Part shown: piece by piece, positions 50,201 to 62,960 of the stretch
Numbering within the stretch: the stretch's first letter is position 1
Layout: every line of letters starts with the position of its first letter
DNA from: Ginglymostoma cirratum
Taxonomy: Eukaryota
Length of the DNA stretch: 64,000 nucleotides
Direction: 5' to 3'
Assembly (NCBI GenBank): GCA_024137785.1
Contig: JAHRHZ010000024.1
Location: 1,548,745 to 1,612,744, forward strand
The notes under the pieces: model-generated
The model's database searches: none
Told to the model about the DNA's origin: nothing
The model's input: the letters and a program-made list of their open reading frames with translations, nothing else
Program-made: the position numbers and the translations under genes

Positions 50201-53137
50201 TTCTTACTAACTATTTCCGAATGACTTCTCACATCAAGGTTATTCAATTAACCCCTTGTCATTGCAGGAAAACAAATTTAGGATAGCCTGTTCCCTATTT
50301 TGTTCCTCAATGTACTAGTTAAAAGAAAAAAAGTCTTGTATACACTCCAGGGATTTGCCCAGTAACATTGATCACATTGTTTGCACAGTCTTTATGCAGA
50401 TTGGGGTCACCAATGGTTACTGTCACACTCCAGTTGTATGTGTCTCTAACTTTGTTTAATGCCATTCCCTACCTCCGTACTGCTGTTTGAAAGTCTATTT
50501 GTAATTCTTAGCATTTTATTTCCACCCTTGTGGCTCCATCTAGACGAATTCCCACACCCAGCTTTCCTGTACAAATATCCTTTTATAGTATCACATCAAT
50601 TTCATCTTCCACTAAAAACACCCATCTCACCATTTTTTCTCTTTTTAGCCTTGAATATTTGACATGTTCATTTCCCAGCTTTGGTCACCCCATGACCGTG
50701 GCCCGTTAGGTCAACCATATTGTATCTACTTACAACATCCATGGTCTTTCAGAAAGCCTTCTAACGAGGTGCTGTACAAAAGACTCCTGGAGTTCTGGAA
50801 TAAACAGCAAATTGATGAGTGAACAGAGACTAGGAATCAAAGAAAATTTAGGGTGAGAAACTGAAAGTAACACCTGAGAGCTACAGTGTTCTATTCTGGA
50901 AATATATTTCTTTGCATTTACTTGTATTCATTGTTTTACATTTTCTTAGAGACTTTTAAGGCTTTCCCTTTCCCCAAATAAGAACAAAAAACTCAAACAT
51001 TGAGATAGTGTCCCTATTTTTATGATGAAAATGGCTTGTGGCCTTTGGATATATTTCACGGTTGTAGATCATTTGAAGCTCTTTGGTTAAGGATTAATGC
51101 AGACTACATGGATTAGCAGCAACATCTGCTGCTCTTCAGGGTTCTATAAACTCTTATTTCAAACTGATCCATCAATGTACTAGAGACAGTCAATCCATTT
51201 TGTAATACTTAATTTTGCAATGTTGTGTAAACCTGCTATTTTCAGTAGTTTGTGCCTGAACATCAGGCAAGATCATCATTATGATGTATTTTCCAAAATC
51301 AAAGAACAAATGAAATAATTTCTATGTCAAATTTATTGCACCAAAGGAAAAATGGCACACTGGAGACCCAGGCACAAGTCATTTGCAACCAATTTAGAAT
51401 GATATGTTATTAATGCTGGCTCTTTTTTAGGTTCAAAGGTTCCTTTTGGCTATAAATTTAATTACTTGCACTGAAGTTATTTTCTTCTAAAGCTACAGTT
51501 CTGCACTTTTTCAGGATATAAGAATGCACCTGTTTGGTGGGGGGTGGGGGGACAGTGGCGGTGTGCAGAATCTGGAGTTGTATAACTTTTAAAATACATT
51601 TCATGAGGTGGGTTTTGTTGAATCTTGTACTTCAAATTTGCTTCTAACTCCTTAATTAAAAGAAGTGTACTTGTTTTAACAACTTAGAACCATAAAGTTG
51701 TAGTGACTATCATTGCTCAGTCAACCGGTGGGGGGGGGGGGGAACCATCTGCCCACAGTCTATATAATTACCAATGATCTTTTGTAGGTTATGTATTTTG
51801 AAAAAAGAGAAATTCGAATGTATTTCAAGATTTCGTAACTCTATTGCAATTTTATTCATATACCACTGATATTCAAGGAGATATAGCTATATGAAGTGTA
51901 AAGTAGGTGTTGGGGGGTGTTTGCAGAATCACCTAGATTTTACTAACTAAAACTGTTGTTTAACTGACAGGTGCAAAGCGTACGGATGTTTCCCTGTTTG
52001 ACTGGCCCTATGTTCTTGCTCCCTGTGCAAATGTGCTTAATCTCAATGGTATACATGTGATTGATAATTCACCAGGGAGAGGTTCTATCACATAGTAACA
52101 ATCTATCTTTTGCCTTAATATATTTTTCACCCTTAATTTGAGCAGAAACTATGCGCTAATGGAATAGTAAGCCCTACTTTTATGGGCAAAAGCTGCTCAG
52201 TTTGCTAAGATTAGCAAGCAGAGAGGAGGGAAGAAAAATCACTGTCTACTCGTTTCTTGTGAAGAATTGGATTTTGGTTTCCCCCCTCAAAACCATCTGC
52301 AAAACGAGAAACCTAATACAAAAGAAGTGTGTGTCTGGTAACAAGAAACGCAGGGGTATCCAACAGTAGGTGCGGAAAGATTTAATAACTGTGGGTAGAT
52401 AGTAAAAATTCATGATGCAAGTAACGAGTCATCAATCAGTCACTCATGCACACTGGTTTATCTTAAATGTCCTGAGGTTGCACAGTAAGCAGACTATATT
52501 ATCCAGTGATAAAATGGCTGCCTTTCATCTGAAATGATAAAGAGCCAAAAACACAGGTGGGATAGTGATAAACAATCATCATAACCAAAATGTAACTCTG
52601 CAGGTAATTGATGGTAAGCATGATACAAATTGAGTTTTCAATAAGTGTGCGTAGAGCATAATTTGATCCCTCAGTTTTCAAACTCGGATTTCTAGCTGGA
52701 CCTAGATCTCTTGACTGAGTTTGCTGATTTGAGCTGGAACTGAGGTAGGAACTCTTTAATTGGCAATACAGGGCCAAGGAAGTGATGAATTGTTTCATGT
52801 TTCCTCTCCTGGTATTACCATCTGGTGACTCTTGCTAAATATCAAGCTTGTGGCAAAATTGGGTGAAGGGTTGGTGACAGTTACATTGTCTGACTGTAAA
52901 ATGTGCATCTTCACTGAAGAATCAGGAGGCTGCTGTGGAACCCCAACCTTTTTTTTTAAAAAAAAAATTCCACTTCAGCAAAGCGGGGAAAGAAAAAGAA
53001 TAAGCTTTCTCTTTCAGGCCCACATCACATTCAGTATACAGATTTCTTTAAATGGTACATGTGTTCAGCAAGACATCCAGCTCCTGAAACAATTTATTAA
53101 TGGTGTAAGCCTAAATTGACTTGTTATCAAATGAGAC

Positions 53138-53441
53138 CGTAGAATGTCTACAGTGTGAAAGCAGGCCATTCGAGTCCACTCCACCCTTCAGAACAGCATT
53201 CCACCCAGACTCACCATGTCCATGTGTTCTTGCATTTTCCATGGCTAATTTACCTAGCCTGCATGCTATATGGCAATTTAGCATGGCTGATCCACCCAAC
53301 CTGCACATCTTTTGACTGTGGGAGGAAACCCATGCAGACACAGGCAGAATGTGCAAACTCCAAACAGACAGTCAACCAAGGGGGGAATTGAACCCAGGTC
53401 CCTGGCACTATGAGGTAACAGTGCTAATCACTGTGCCACTT
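53138..53441 (-). mobile_element. HE1-type V-SINE
   Basis: Reverse complement of the 46978-47330 pattern. Confidence 0.85.
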
Positions 53442-53554
53442 GAATGCTTGAATTTCTTCTGCTGTCTTTGCTGAGTTGGCTTTGCTGTGCTGTGCTCTAC
53501 TTCCAGTTATAATGATGTAACTATAATTAAGAGCTTGGAAAGGATGCCAGCATC

Positions 53555-53835
53555 AAAGACCCATTGCACCACCCCAGTAATAATCTTCTACAATTTCTTC
53601 CACCAGGCAGAAGATACAGAAGGCTGAACACAAGAGCAGACTCTCTAGACTCAAATAATGCTGATCTTGCTCACGTTGATCTCGCCTAGCGCACGCCCTG
53701 TGCAATGTAACCTGTATGCCTCTGACTAAATCTTTTTGATCTGTACATCCTTGCTTACTATGATCTGTCTGTACTGCTCGTAAACAAAGCTTTTCACGAT
53801 CAATCGATGGATCGATCAATCAATCAAAATCAAAA
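53555..53835 (+). mobile_element. Rex1/Babar-like LINE 3' end
   Basis: cttccaccaggcagaagatacaga (LPPGRRYR), a 3' UTR ending aaagcttttcac and an (atca)n-like tail. Confidence 0.6.
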
Positions 53836-54551
53836 GGAAAGCCCGCATCCGAACCATGGTCGTCAAGTTCGTACTTGGTGAAGCTTCTTCTAAGCCAGAA
53901 GTGATTCATGTTGTTAGCATTGTACCCTGAATCAGGAGAACAAATGGGAGTAATTGACAGAAAAACAGGGCTGATGAGACTTTCTTTTAAAAGAGCTGAG
54001 TTATCATCTGGAATGCACTGCGTAAAATTGGTGGTGGAAATGGATTTAATAGATACTTGCATAAAACAATATGTACTTGAAAAGGAAAACTTTGTGGGCC
54101 AATGGAAATAATTGGTTCATTAAGGAATTTGTAGAAGCATTATGTGCTGAATGGCGCCCTGTTCAGTATGGTCCTATGAATAATTGACATGAACGAACTG
54201 AATTTTTTTTCTCCCACAGCCAGCATCGAGTGAGCCCATTGTTAAATGTATAGTTAAAACCTCTGAATAATCCTCACTTTCATGAATTACTTCCTATTCA
54301 GATAAACTGTTGTGACAATTTTCCATTTCTTACACTAACCATGACTATCTTACATCACTTTCTGATGGTTTCTATTGACAAGCTATTGGCTGTCTTCAGA
54401 CTCTTACACTAAAAATAGTTGGAACAGTTTCACAGTCCTCACTGAGGACATGCGCAACAGCCTTGACTGAATTTAAATGCAGGACACAAGTGAAAGAATG
54501 TGAATCGCATTCAATATTCCATCCAATATTTTCTTACTTCCTGATAAAAAA

Positions 54552-54860
54552 CTTAGCATGGCCAATCCACCTAATCTGCGCATCTTTGGACTGTGGGAGG
54601 AAACACACACAGACACAGGGAGAATGTGCAAACTCCACACAGACAGTTGCCTGAGGTTGGAATCAAACCTAGGTCCCTAGTGTTGTGAGGTAGCACTGCT
54701 AACCACTGAGCCACCGTGCCAGTAATTCTGGAACAAAAACAAGTTGCTGGAAAAGCTCAGCAGGTCTGGCAGCGTCTGTGGAGAGAAATCAGAGTTAACG
54801 CTTCAGGTTGAGTGACCCTTCCTCAGAATTATCTCCACAGAAGCTGCCAGACCTGGCAAG
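54552..54860 (-). mobile_element. HE1 SINE 5' half (54552-54721) next to a family-B pLTR (54730-54860)
   Basis: SINE head ggcacggtggctcagtggttagcagtgct on minus; pLTR gttgctggaaaagctcag...gacccttcctcagaa. Confidence 0.85.
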
Positions 54861-55417
54861 GGTCACATGAAACACCAATTTTTACATCCCATCCAACATT
54901 CCTGTCTGCGATGGGTGGGCTGGGTTAGAATTACTAATAAAAGAGCAGGTACCAGGAAGCTACATATGTTAATACACAGGGCCAGGTGAAGCAGACAGAA
55001 AAAGCACATACACACTGCAGCCATTTCAACTCAATATAGTTGATTGCCATTCATTCATATCAATTGAACAAGTGCTTTAACTAAAAGTTAACCTGCCTGG
55101 TTTAAAATGTTAAAAGCCTGGTAGTTAGCTGTCAAGTAACCAGTGCAGTGCATTCTCCATAGTAAGACCTTTACCAGAGTCCTTTTACTAAGCAACCAAC
55201 ACTCTCATGTCAAAATGTTGGCTTTCTACTTGAATTGGTATACTTATGAATCCTCTTATTGAAACTTTCCATCTTGCACTCATTAAGTCTTCTTCTACCC
55301 CCACACAGCAACACAAATTACTTGTTGTAATCTTTTTTTCATTTAAAAAAAAAACTGAAATGCACTAGATCTGATGCGGTTTTGTTCAGTCAGCATGGCT
55401 GAAACAGAATTAAAAAG

Positions 55418-55578
55418 GTAAAAACCGAAAGAACTGCCGATGATTTAAATCGGGAACAAAAACAGAAGTTGCAGTTCTGAGGAAGGGCCACCAGACTCGA
55501 AACGTTAACTTCTGTTGTTTCTTTCACAGATGCTGCCAAACCTTCCGAGCTTTTCCCGCAATTTCTGTTTTTGTTTCA
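55418..55578. mobile_element. Fold-back pLTR (family B)
   Basis: An inverted piece gaacaaaaacagaagttgc precedes the core ctgaggaagggccaccagactcgaaacgtt (55477-55506). Confidence 0.8.
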
Positions 55579-56683
55579 TGTGGTCACATGCATTTCTCAA
55601 CCAGTGAATTAAATTTAAGACAATTTACCCCCCACACTAAATGAGATGGTAGGATTGGAGGCAATGAAGATTCCACCTGGTGAGCGACCTCTAAATTGCT
55701 TCTGTCCTGTTCACTTCACTGCCCCCTGCCCCCATCCCAGGAAATTCCTAGTCATTATAAAATAAACAGCCTGCACTGCACCAATAAACAAAATCGAACC
55801 ATTTTACTCGCTTTGTAGCCAAGCTATTCAGGTTGAGTTGTAAAGCATGGCTAGAACAATCCATTCTTTCAGGAGTCACATTGGATCATTTACTGTCATC
55901 AATCATATTGAATAAGTGAGAGAGAGAAGACGGACTATTGTCTGCCTGTTCATCTGATAACCCAACGACGCAAGGATAAATTATGTTCAAAGGACATGGT
56001 GGAAGAGGTGTAAATCTTGCACTTCATTTTACTCATACATAACAGGCCTGATGGTTTAAAATCTGTACTCTGGAAGTTCCCTTCTTGTTTCACATTCACA
56101 GGACGCAGACAAGATTCTGAAGTTTGAAAATAAATAGTGGAAAATACTGGAAAATACCTTCCCTGTTGCAGTTTCCTTTTTGCTTTTGAGCAGAATGACT
56201 ACTGATTAAGAGGTTCAGATTTTACATTTGGAACAAATGGGCAAGGAAGATGAATTATCAAGTGTGTGTTTTCAATTTGTTTTGCTACTTAAAATGATGT
56301 AACCTGTCTGAAGATGTTCAACATTAATAGTTCATGTTCCTAACCATTGAATTCTACTGACTGCAGAAGATGGTCTGTGCTGATTTTATTTGGTTTTTCT
56401 TTTTAAAACAAGCATACATTTTTGTGAAATTGCTACACAATACTTTCAGGTCAAACTTGGTGCAGTAACAAGTGGGCTGGGAAACGTGCTGTATGGGGCT
56501 GGTTTAATTTGGAGTTAGTTGAGATGGAGAGATTTCCAGGGTCATGTTTGTGTGTACAGCAGGTGTCTGCAATTTTTTTTTAATCACAGAGGAGTTGAAC
56601 AGAAAATAATGCTCCTTAGCTTATGTCTGTGCTCTTAGTAAAGCTATTGTCAGCTGTGACTAAAGTTTGACAGAACATGTTGT

Positions 56684-56800
56684 TAGGGCTTTTGTAGCAC
56701 AGTGGTAATGCTTTCATCCCTAAACCAAGAAGCCTAGGTTCAATCCCCACTTGCCCCAGAGCTGTGTAACAATGTTTCTGAACAGGCTGACTTTAGGAAA
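56684..56800 (+). mobile_element. Short tRNA-derived SINE
   Basis: tagcacagtggt (A box) and ggttcaatcccc (B box); homologous to 37948-38063. Confidence 0.7.
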
Positions 56801-56983
56801 AACCTTAGTCTTTTGTTGTAAAGGGCTTGGAGGCATCCTGAAGTTGGGAACTGTGCAGAATCATTGCAATTTTTTTTGTTTCCTCTTGCAGTCCTATAAA
56901 GTGGCATAATTGGGGATACACAGGTAGGAAAGAGATTAAGTTCTTCTTTTTGATGTGGTATCTCTTCATATCTTTGAGTTACT

Positions 56984-57410
56984 AGAATCATAGAATCCCC
57001 ACAGTGCACATAGAGACTGTTCAGCCGATTGAATCTGCACCGAACCTCCAAAGATCATCCCACCCAGACCCACACCCCACTTCCCCACCCTATCCCTGTA
57101 ACGCTGCACTTCCCACGACTGATCCACCTAGTGTGCACATCCCTGAATACAATGGACAAGTTAGCATGGCCAATCCACCTAGGCTGCACATCTTTGGACT
57201 GTGGGAGGAAACCAGAGCAACCAGAGGGAACACTTGGAGAACATGCAAACTCCACACAGTCATTCACAACTGCGAGTTCTGAGGTAGGGTAACACAACCC
57301 GAAATGTTAACTCTGATTTCTCTCCACAGATGCTACCAGACTTACTGAGGTTCTCCAGCAATTTCTATTTTTATTTTGTTTCTGATTTACAGCATCTGCT
57401 GTTCTTTTGG
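56984..57410. mobile_element. HE1 SINE (-, 56984-57262) truncated next to a family-B pLTR (+, 57274-57410)
   Basis: SINE tail and V-domain on minus, then ttctgaggtagggtaacacaacccgaaatgttaactctgatttc. Confidence 0.85.
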
Positions 57411-57789
57411 AATTAATTTGATTTAAGATTAAGGTCCCAGTTTATGCTAGTTTAACAATCCTGGCTGAGGGATAATAGATACTGTATATGATGAAATCTG
57501 TTGCATCTAGGACAGAGCAGGGGAAGTTTTTTTTTAAAATAAATAAACAGTTTGTGGAATGTTTGGATAAGAGAGATTGCTTTGGAAAGACAAATGGCAT
57601 CACAAGAAGCTCTCTTCATCAGAATATAAAGGACTTTTTCTGCAATCAGCTAACTGGCTGTGGTTTGGCCTGGGTGCCTACATGGAGATAAGATGGAGCT
57701 ATCTGGACATTTCCCATTCCTTTTGGCTTTGTTTCATTTATTTCTGCTTTTTTGTAAAAATTCTGGTTTTGTAATCAAGTGTGTAACCA

Positions 57790-58088
57790 AGGTGGCGCCG
57801 GTTACAATGGCGGAGGCAAGATGGCGCTGAAGAGTAGTTACTTCCATTCCCACTGCTGACAAAGGAAACTTGTGCCTGGCCACTAGGTCAATGCCCATGG
57901 CAAAGCACTTAACAAGAAGGACTGTAAAATTGAACACTTCCTTTATTTCTTCATTTTTCTGCCTTAATATTCTATGTTTTGGTTTATTTTTCTGTGATTT
58001 AAGATGGCGCCAGAGAGTGATGACACTTTAGAACACTTTTCACTGTATTTTGTAACAAGCTACAATAAATAAATCAAGTCATATAAAT
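57790..58088 (+). mobile_element. Rex/L2-like short element with repeated aagatggcg motifs
   Basis: aagatggcgc near 57818 and 58001; the 3' end is shared with 11230-11437. Confidence 0.55.
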
Positions 58089-58089
58089 G

Positions 58090-59329
58090 AGATAACAAGG
58101 TGTAGAGCTGGATGAGCACAGCAGGCCAAGCAGCATCAGAGGAGCAGGAAAGCTGACGTATCGGATCTGGACCCTTCTTCAGAAAAGGGGGAGGGGAAGG
58201 GGGCTCTGAAATAAATAGAGAGAGAGGGGGAGGCGGATGGAAGAAGGATAGAGGAGCAGATAGGTGGAGAGGAGAAGGACAGGTCAAAGAGGTGGGGATG
58301 GATCCCGTAAAGGTGAGTGTAGGTGGGGAGTTGGGGTGGGAGTTGGTCAGTCAAGGGAAGACGGACAGGTCAAGGAGGTAGAGATGTGGCTGGTAGGTAG
58401 GAGGTGGGGGTGGGTGTTGGTCATTGAGGTGAGATGAGCGGATAGGTGGGAGAAAAGACGTACAGGTCAAGGAGGTGGGAATGCGCTGGGCTGGTTTTGG
58501 GGTGAGGTTGGAGGCGGGGAGATTTTGAAACTTGTGAAGTCCACACTGAGACCATTGGGCTGCAGGGTTCCCAAGCGAAATATGAGGTGCTGTTCCTGCA
58601 ACCTTCGGGTGGCCTCGTTGTGGCACTGGATGGACATGTTGTCCAAGGAGTGGGAGGGGAATTTGAAGTGGTTCGTGACTGGTAGGTGCAGTCATTTGTC
58701 ATGAACCAAGCGCAGGTGTTCCACAAAGCAGTCTCCGAGCCTCCGCTTGGTTTCCCCGATGTAGAGGAGGCCACATCGGGAACAGCGGATACAGTATACC
58801 AGTTGGGAACCCTGCAGCCCAATGGTCTCAGTGTGGACTTCACAAGTTTCAAAATCTCCCCACCCTCGACCTCATCCCAAAACCAGCCCAGCTCGTCCCC
58901 GACTCCTTGACATGTATTTCTTTTCTCCCACCTATCCGCTCCTCTCACCTCAATGACCAACACCCACCTCCACCCCCACCTCCTACCTACCAGCCTCATC
59001 CCCACCTCCTTGACCTGTCTGTCTTCCCTTGACTAACCAACTCCCATCCTAACTCCCCACCTACACTCACCTTTACTGGCTCCATCCCCGCCTCCTTGAC
59101 CTGTCCGTCTCCTCTCCACCTATCTGCTCCTTTATCCATCTTCCATCCGCCTCCTCCTCTCTCTCTATTTATTTCAGAGCCCCCTTCCCCTCCCCAGTTC
59201 TGAAGAAGGGTCCAGACCCGAAACATCAGCTTTCCTGCTCCTCTGATGCTGCTTGGCCTGCTGCGTAATTCCAGCTCTACACCTGGTTTTTTTAGATTCT
59301 GCAGCATCGGCAGTTCCTACTATCTCTTG
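58090..59329. mobile_element. Inverted (tails-out) Penelope insertion with GIY-YIG endonuclease remnant, about 490-bp arms, 14-bp TSD
   Basis: Minus 58799-58515 reads VYCIRCSRCGLLYIGETKRRLGDCFVEHLR...EQHLIFRLGTLQPNGLSVDF with one stop. Arms 58090-58574 and 58803-59290. aagtcatataaatg (58076-58089) / aagtcaaataaatg (59330-59343). Confidence 0.92.
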
Positions 59330-60377
59330 AAGTCAAATAAATGTTTTGTCTCTGTTACCAAAGCTGAGTGGGAATGTTTCAGTATAAGTAAAGTGAATTT
59401 ACTCTCAAGTTGGTCCCGATATTTCACAAGAGACCATCATGTATTTTAGATAATGAACCTATCTTCTGTTCAGGTGTGAATATCCTTCCCCATTGGAGAC
59501 TAAAAATGGATCCTACTACCAGCAAGCTGAATTGATAGTGTCAACCTACCCAAGGCATCCCAGATGGTTCAGTTAGAAATAGACAGGTTGAAGGTAGTAT
59601 ATTGCAAATTTCAACCAAACTAAACTGAAAAAAAAATCTTCGATTTTACCATCTGATTTGATGAATGGAAAAGAAATTCCAGGCAGACAACCATATCTCT
59701 TTAAGTATTAGACCATGCACTTTTAAGCTGCTTATTAGTCTCTGTGAAAACAGCTGTGTTTATTAGATTGATGAAGTAAATTAAGTCCTTCTTTTTAGAG
59801 GAAGAGTGAAAATTCATATTTGTAAAAAGAAAAGGGCTGAGAAGCTTTAAAAAAAAAACACGTAAAATGTTAGCCGACCGGCACGGTTATAATTGTTTTA
59901 AAATGTTAACAAGTGCTGCCAGAGAACTCTTTGTTTAAGAAAAGAACACATGAACACAGCTGTGTAAATTGGCTAAACCTGAAAAAGTTGAATGCAGAAG
60001 AAGGGTATGCTTAGCAGTATTGAAAGAGAGAATGTTTTTTATTCTTCCACAAGAATAAATTTTCGGAGTCATTGTGCTGATGTTATTTTAATCTAAGTGT
60101 GTAGAAAGCTTATACGAAACAAAAACAAAACAAAAAAAAAGCATCATTCCTGGCCTTTAAAAATCACAATGGGGAGCTGGTATTAAATAAGAACCCTGCC
60201 TCCATTTTGGAAGAAAATGTAAAATGATGTTTCTTTATAAGGCATCTCAATGATCTCCAAATGCTCAAACAGTTTTAACAGCAACAATATTCTGAAACAA
60301 TTGAGCTTTTTTCAATGATAATTAACAAATTTATTCAAAATCTGAATTCATTCTCCAGTAATTAAGGAAAGTAATTA

Positions 60378-61750
60378 GAACAGCATAGGAACAGGCCATT
60401 CAGCCCACCATTTGTGCGTCGACCATGATGTCATTCTAAACTAATCCCATCTGCCTGCACTTTGTCTATATCCCTCCATCCTCTGCCTGTTCCTGTGTCT
60501 GTCTAAATGCCTCCTAAATGTGTTATCATAACCTGCTTCTACTAGCTCCCCAGGCAGCACTTTCTCAGCACATTTTAAAATGCATTTCCTCATTTTATCT
60601 TTCTTTCAATGTCCTTCTGAAGAAAGGGCATTACTTCACACTCCTCAGCCTTGAACCTCACCTACTACCACATGCCCACTCCACCAACTCATCAATGTCC
60701 TTTTTGGAATTCTTCACTGTCCTCACAACTTACAATTCTTCCAAGCTTTGTGTCATCTGCAAATTTTGAGATTGTTGCGTGAGCGTCAAGATCAAGATCA
60801 TTAATACACATCAGGAAAACCAAGGTCTCAAAACTGACCCCTGGGGATCTCCACTACGAACTTTCCTCCTGCCTGAAAAATATCTTTTCTGACCATTACT
60901 GTTTCCTATCACTCAGCCAATTTTGTATCCTTGTTGCTAATGACACTTTTCGTACTTTCCTCATGTTTAGTGTGTGGCCATGTATCTGAAAATGCTTCTG
61001 AAAATCCTTGTGTACCATATTAATAGCATTATCCTCATTAAGACTTTGTCCCCACTTCAAAAAACTCTGAATCAGTTGAACATGATCTCCCCTTTAGCAC
61101 TTAGTGCTGACTCTTCTCAATTAATCCACTTCAATCCATGTGACGACTAATTCTTTCCCAAATAATTGTTTCTTGAAGTTCTTCCCACCACTGGAGTTAA
61201 ACTGGCTGGTCTGTAATTGCTGGGATTATTTTTGCAAGCTCTTTTGAACAAGACTGTAATGTTTGAATATCTCAGTCTTCTGGCACTTCTTCCGAGTCCA
61301 GGGCAGATAAAGATTGTGGCCAATGCTCCTGTAATTTCTACCCTCACTTCTTTAAATCTTCAGATGTATTTTGTCCAAGGACCTGGTGCCTTTTAAATAC
61401 CTTAGCAGCAAAAATCTATCCAAGACGTCTTCAATATTGATTTTGAGCACGTGTTATGTGAGAATCTTCCTCAGTGACCATGTCCTGAGCAACATCCTCT
61501 CTCTTGTATAGACAGATGCTAGGTATTCACTTGACCCCTCAGCTATTCACCTGCCTCCCAGTATAAATCTCATCTTCGGTCTCTAACCCTCCCTACTCCT
61601 TTATTAATCATTCTCTTACTCTTTGACTGCCTATAGAAGACCTTGAGATTTTGCTTCGTATTCGCTGCTAGTTCTTTCTCATTGTTTCCCTTTGCTTTTA
61701 TTTGATTTTTCACCACCTCCCTAAACCTCTAGTATTCCTGTTGGTTTTCA
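60378..61750 (-). mobile_element. Degraded CR1 fragments (3' tail 60378-60570; RT region about 60700-61350)
   Basis: Minus ORF 61147-61347 reads NITVLFKRACKNNPSNYRPASLTPVVG. gtggagatccccaggggtcagttttgaga (PQGSVL) at about 60825-60855. Confidence 0.75.
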
Positions 61751-61901
61751 GAAGGTTTTGCTAGCAAGCATGATGTAAACATGGGTGGTCTTGGGATCTT
61801 CATACTGGCTCCATGTTGAGGTCCCAGTGCCCACTGTGAATTTCAGTTCCCTGTCACTGTGTATAAGTTGGTTAGATAAACAGGTTGAGAAGATATTGTC
61901 T

Positions 61902-62152
61902 CGTGGTGGCTCAGTGGTTAGCACTGCTGCCTCACAGCACCAGGAACCCAGGTTTGATTCCACCATCGGGCATCTGTGTGCAGTTTGCACGTTCTCCCCG
62001 TGCTTGTGTGGGCTTCCTCCCACATCCAAAGATGTGCAGGTTAGGTGGATTAGCCATGGAAATTCAGGGATAGGGTCGGGGTTCTTTTTGGACAGTCGGT
62101 GTGGACTCGATGGGCTGAATGGCCTGCTTCCATACTGTAGGGATTCCATGAA
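61902..62152 (+). mobile_element. HE1-type V-SINE with internal deletion
   Basis: gtggctcagtggttagcactgctgcctcacag...ccatactgtagggattccatga. Confidence 0.9.
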
Positions 62153-62865
62153 AGAGTAAGCAATGTTGAATAAAGGCAGCTATGACTACGGGGTTAAGAG
62201 GGCCAAGATCAAACAGTTCAGTTGGACTGAATGGTTTGGTTTGTTTCTGGATTGTCTATTATTTTCAATGAATTACAGAAATAAGTTGAACACATTTTCC
62301 TTGACTTTCATTCGAGAACGAAGCAATTGTTTTAAAAAGCAATTGAAATAATGAAGTGAAGCTGTATTGTTCAGAATAACAGGCTGTGAGACAAGGAACA
62401 AAACTGGGGATTCACATACACAAAGCTAATTATTTGCTTGACCAAGGAAAAAAACGGTGGGCTAGTCAAGAACATTTTTCATCCGTGCTTTCACCTTAAG
62501 CACAACTTGTGAGGGTCACCTGTAGAACTGGCTGTCAAATCAATCTCCCTTGACAATTCCACAGAAAATGATCCCCTTCAATAGCCGTGTACCTTAAGGA
62601 CAGTGCTGTATCAACTTATTGATCTTAACCTTTTTAATGATGCCTGCTTTAGTTATGGTGACTATCCATTTGCCTCCTAAATGTACAGATTCAGGCCAAT
62701 GTGCAGTTAAAGCTTAGATCACCTTTCTCCATCTGTGAGCCTACTCAGCTAGCAATATGAGGATATTTCCATTTGAGATACCACCACTATGTCAAGCTTG
62801 ATTTTGCAGTCCTTTATTGTGAAAACTGTGTGATGTGTAGCCAAATGGGCCACATCTGGGAGCTG

Positions 62866-62960
62866 AGACAACACAGTGTGAAGCTGGAGGAACACAGCAG
62901 GCCAGGCAGCATCAGAGGAGCAAGAAAGTTGATGTTTTGGGTCGGGACTATCTCTGGGAA
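62866..62960 (-). mobile_element. Partial pLTR (family A variant)
   Basis: gctggaggaacacagcaggccaggcagcatcagaggagcaagaaagttgatgttttgggtcgggac. Confidence 0.75.

Noticed and set aside
53820-53930. Minus-strand terminal exon GYNANNMNHFWLRRSFTKYELDDHG
   Set aside because: Unrecognised peptide whose end is supplied by a LINE microsatellite tail.
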